Made by a program: the position numbers and the translations under genes
From: Promethearchaeota archaeon
GTDB lineage: Archaea; Asgardarchaeota; Lokiarchaeia; Sigyniarchaeales; SOKP01
DNA: 36,226 nucleotides
Direction of reading: 5' to 3'
Assembly: GCA_019058015.1 (NCBI GenBank)
Contig: JAHLWH010000176.1
Location: 1 to 36,226, forward strand
Notes under the pieces: generated by a model
The model's input: the letters and a program-made list of their open reading frames with translations, nothing else
What the model was told of the DNA's origin: nothing
Databases searched by the model: none
Part shown: positions 36,160 to 36,226 of the stretch, piece after piece
Layout of the letters: every line of letters begins with the position of its first letter
How positions within the stretch are numbered: position 1 is the first letter of the stretch

Positions 36160-36226
36160 GCGCCCGTGGCTTAGCTTGGTTAGAGCGCACGGCTGAAGTA
36201 AAAATTACTGCCGATATAACCGTGAA
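36160..36226 (+). tRNA. tRNA-Ile(GAU), cut off by the window end, with a 20-nt intron inside the anticodon (36196-36215)
   Basis: GCGCCCG-TG-GCTT..AGAGC D arm and CACGG/CCGTG anticodon stem; BHB-type motif with helix CGGC/GCCG, bulges UGA and AUA, and intron stem AGUAA/UUACU; splicing gives the loop CU-GAU-AA. Confidence 0.85.

Noticed and set aside
36160-36226. tRNA-Phe(GAA) with a canonical 37/38 intron
   Set aside because: No BHB forms at 37/38, whereas a clean one forms at 34/35 and gives GAU; the body resembles tRNA-Ile.

Overview
A strongly AT-rich archaeal chromosomal segment. The gene content (TFB, rpl15e, RNase P Rpp30/Pop5, archaeosine TGT, Trm5, RqcH/NEMF, plus an MglA-like GTPase, a roadblock protein, a longin/uDENN-like protein, an EMC6-like protein and long coiled-coil proteins) points to an Asgard archaeon, probably Lokiarchaeia; this is inferred from content only. 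Most of the window is housekeeping, but several elements are missing from the ORF track. (1) A 25-codon leader ORF with five alternating Trp codons (WRWQWAWCW) sits upstream of a stand-alone trpB2, followed by hairpins that include mutually exclusive pairings; this is a candidate tryptophan-sensing leader/attenuator and the most notable signal here. (2) A box C/D sRNA has a D guide that fits the 23S P-loop Gm2251 site. (3) Two tRNAs have non-canonical introns: Arg-UCU in the D-loop, and Ile-GAU inside the anticodon. (4) Three genes apparently start at ACG or ATC. (5) There is a CdrS-like RHH gene, and a 17-aa hydrophobic sORF whose SD lies in a hairpin just behind tRNA-Arg. Several enzyme homologs (gamma-CA-like, endonuclease V-like, Cdc6-like) look catalytically degenerate. 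No CRISPR array, rRNA or intact transposase was seen. All protein calls come from motif recognition by eye, not database searches.
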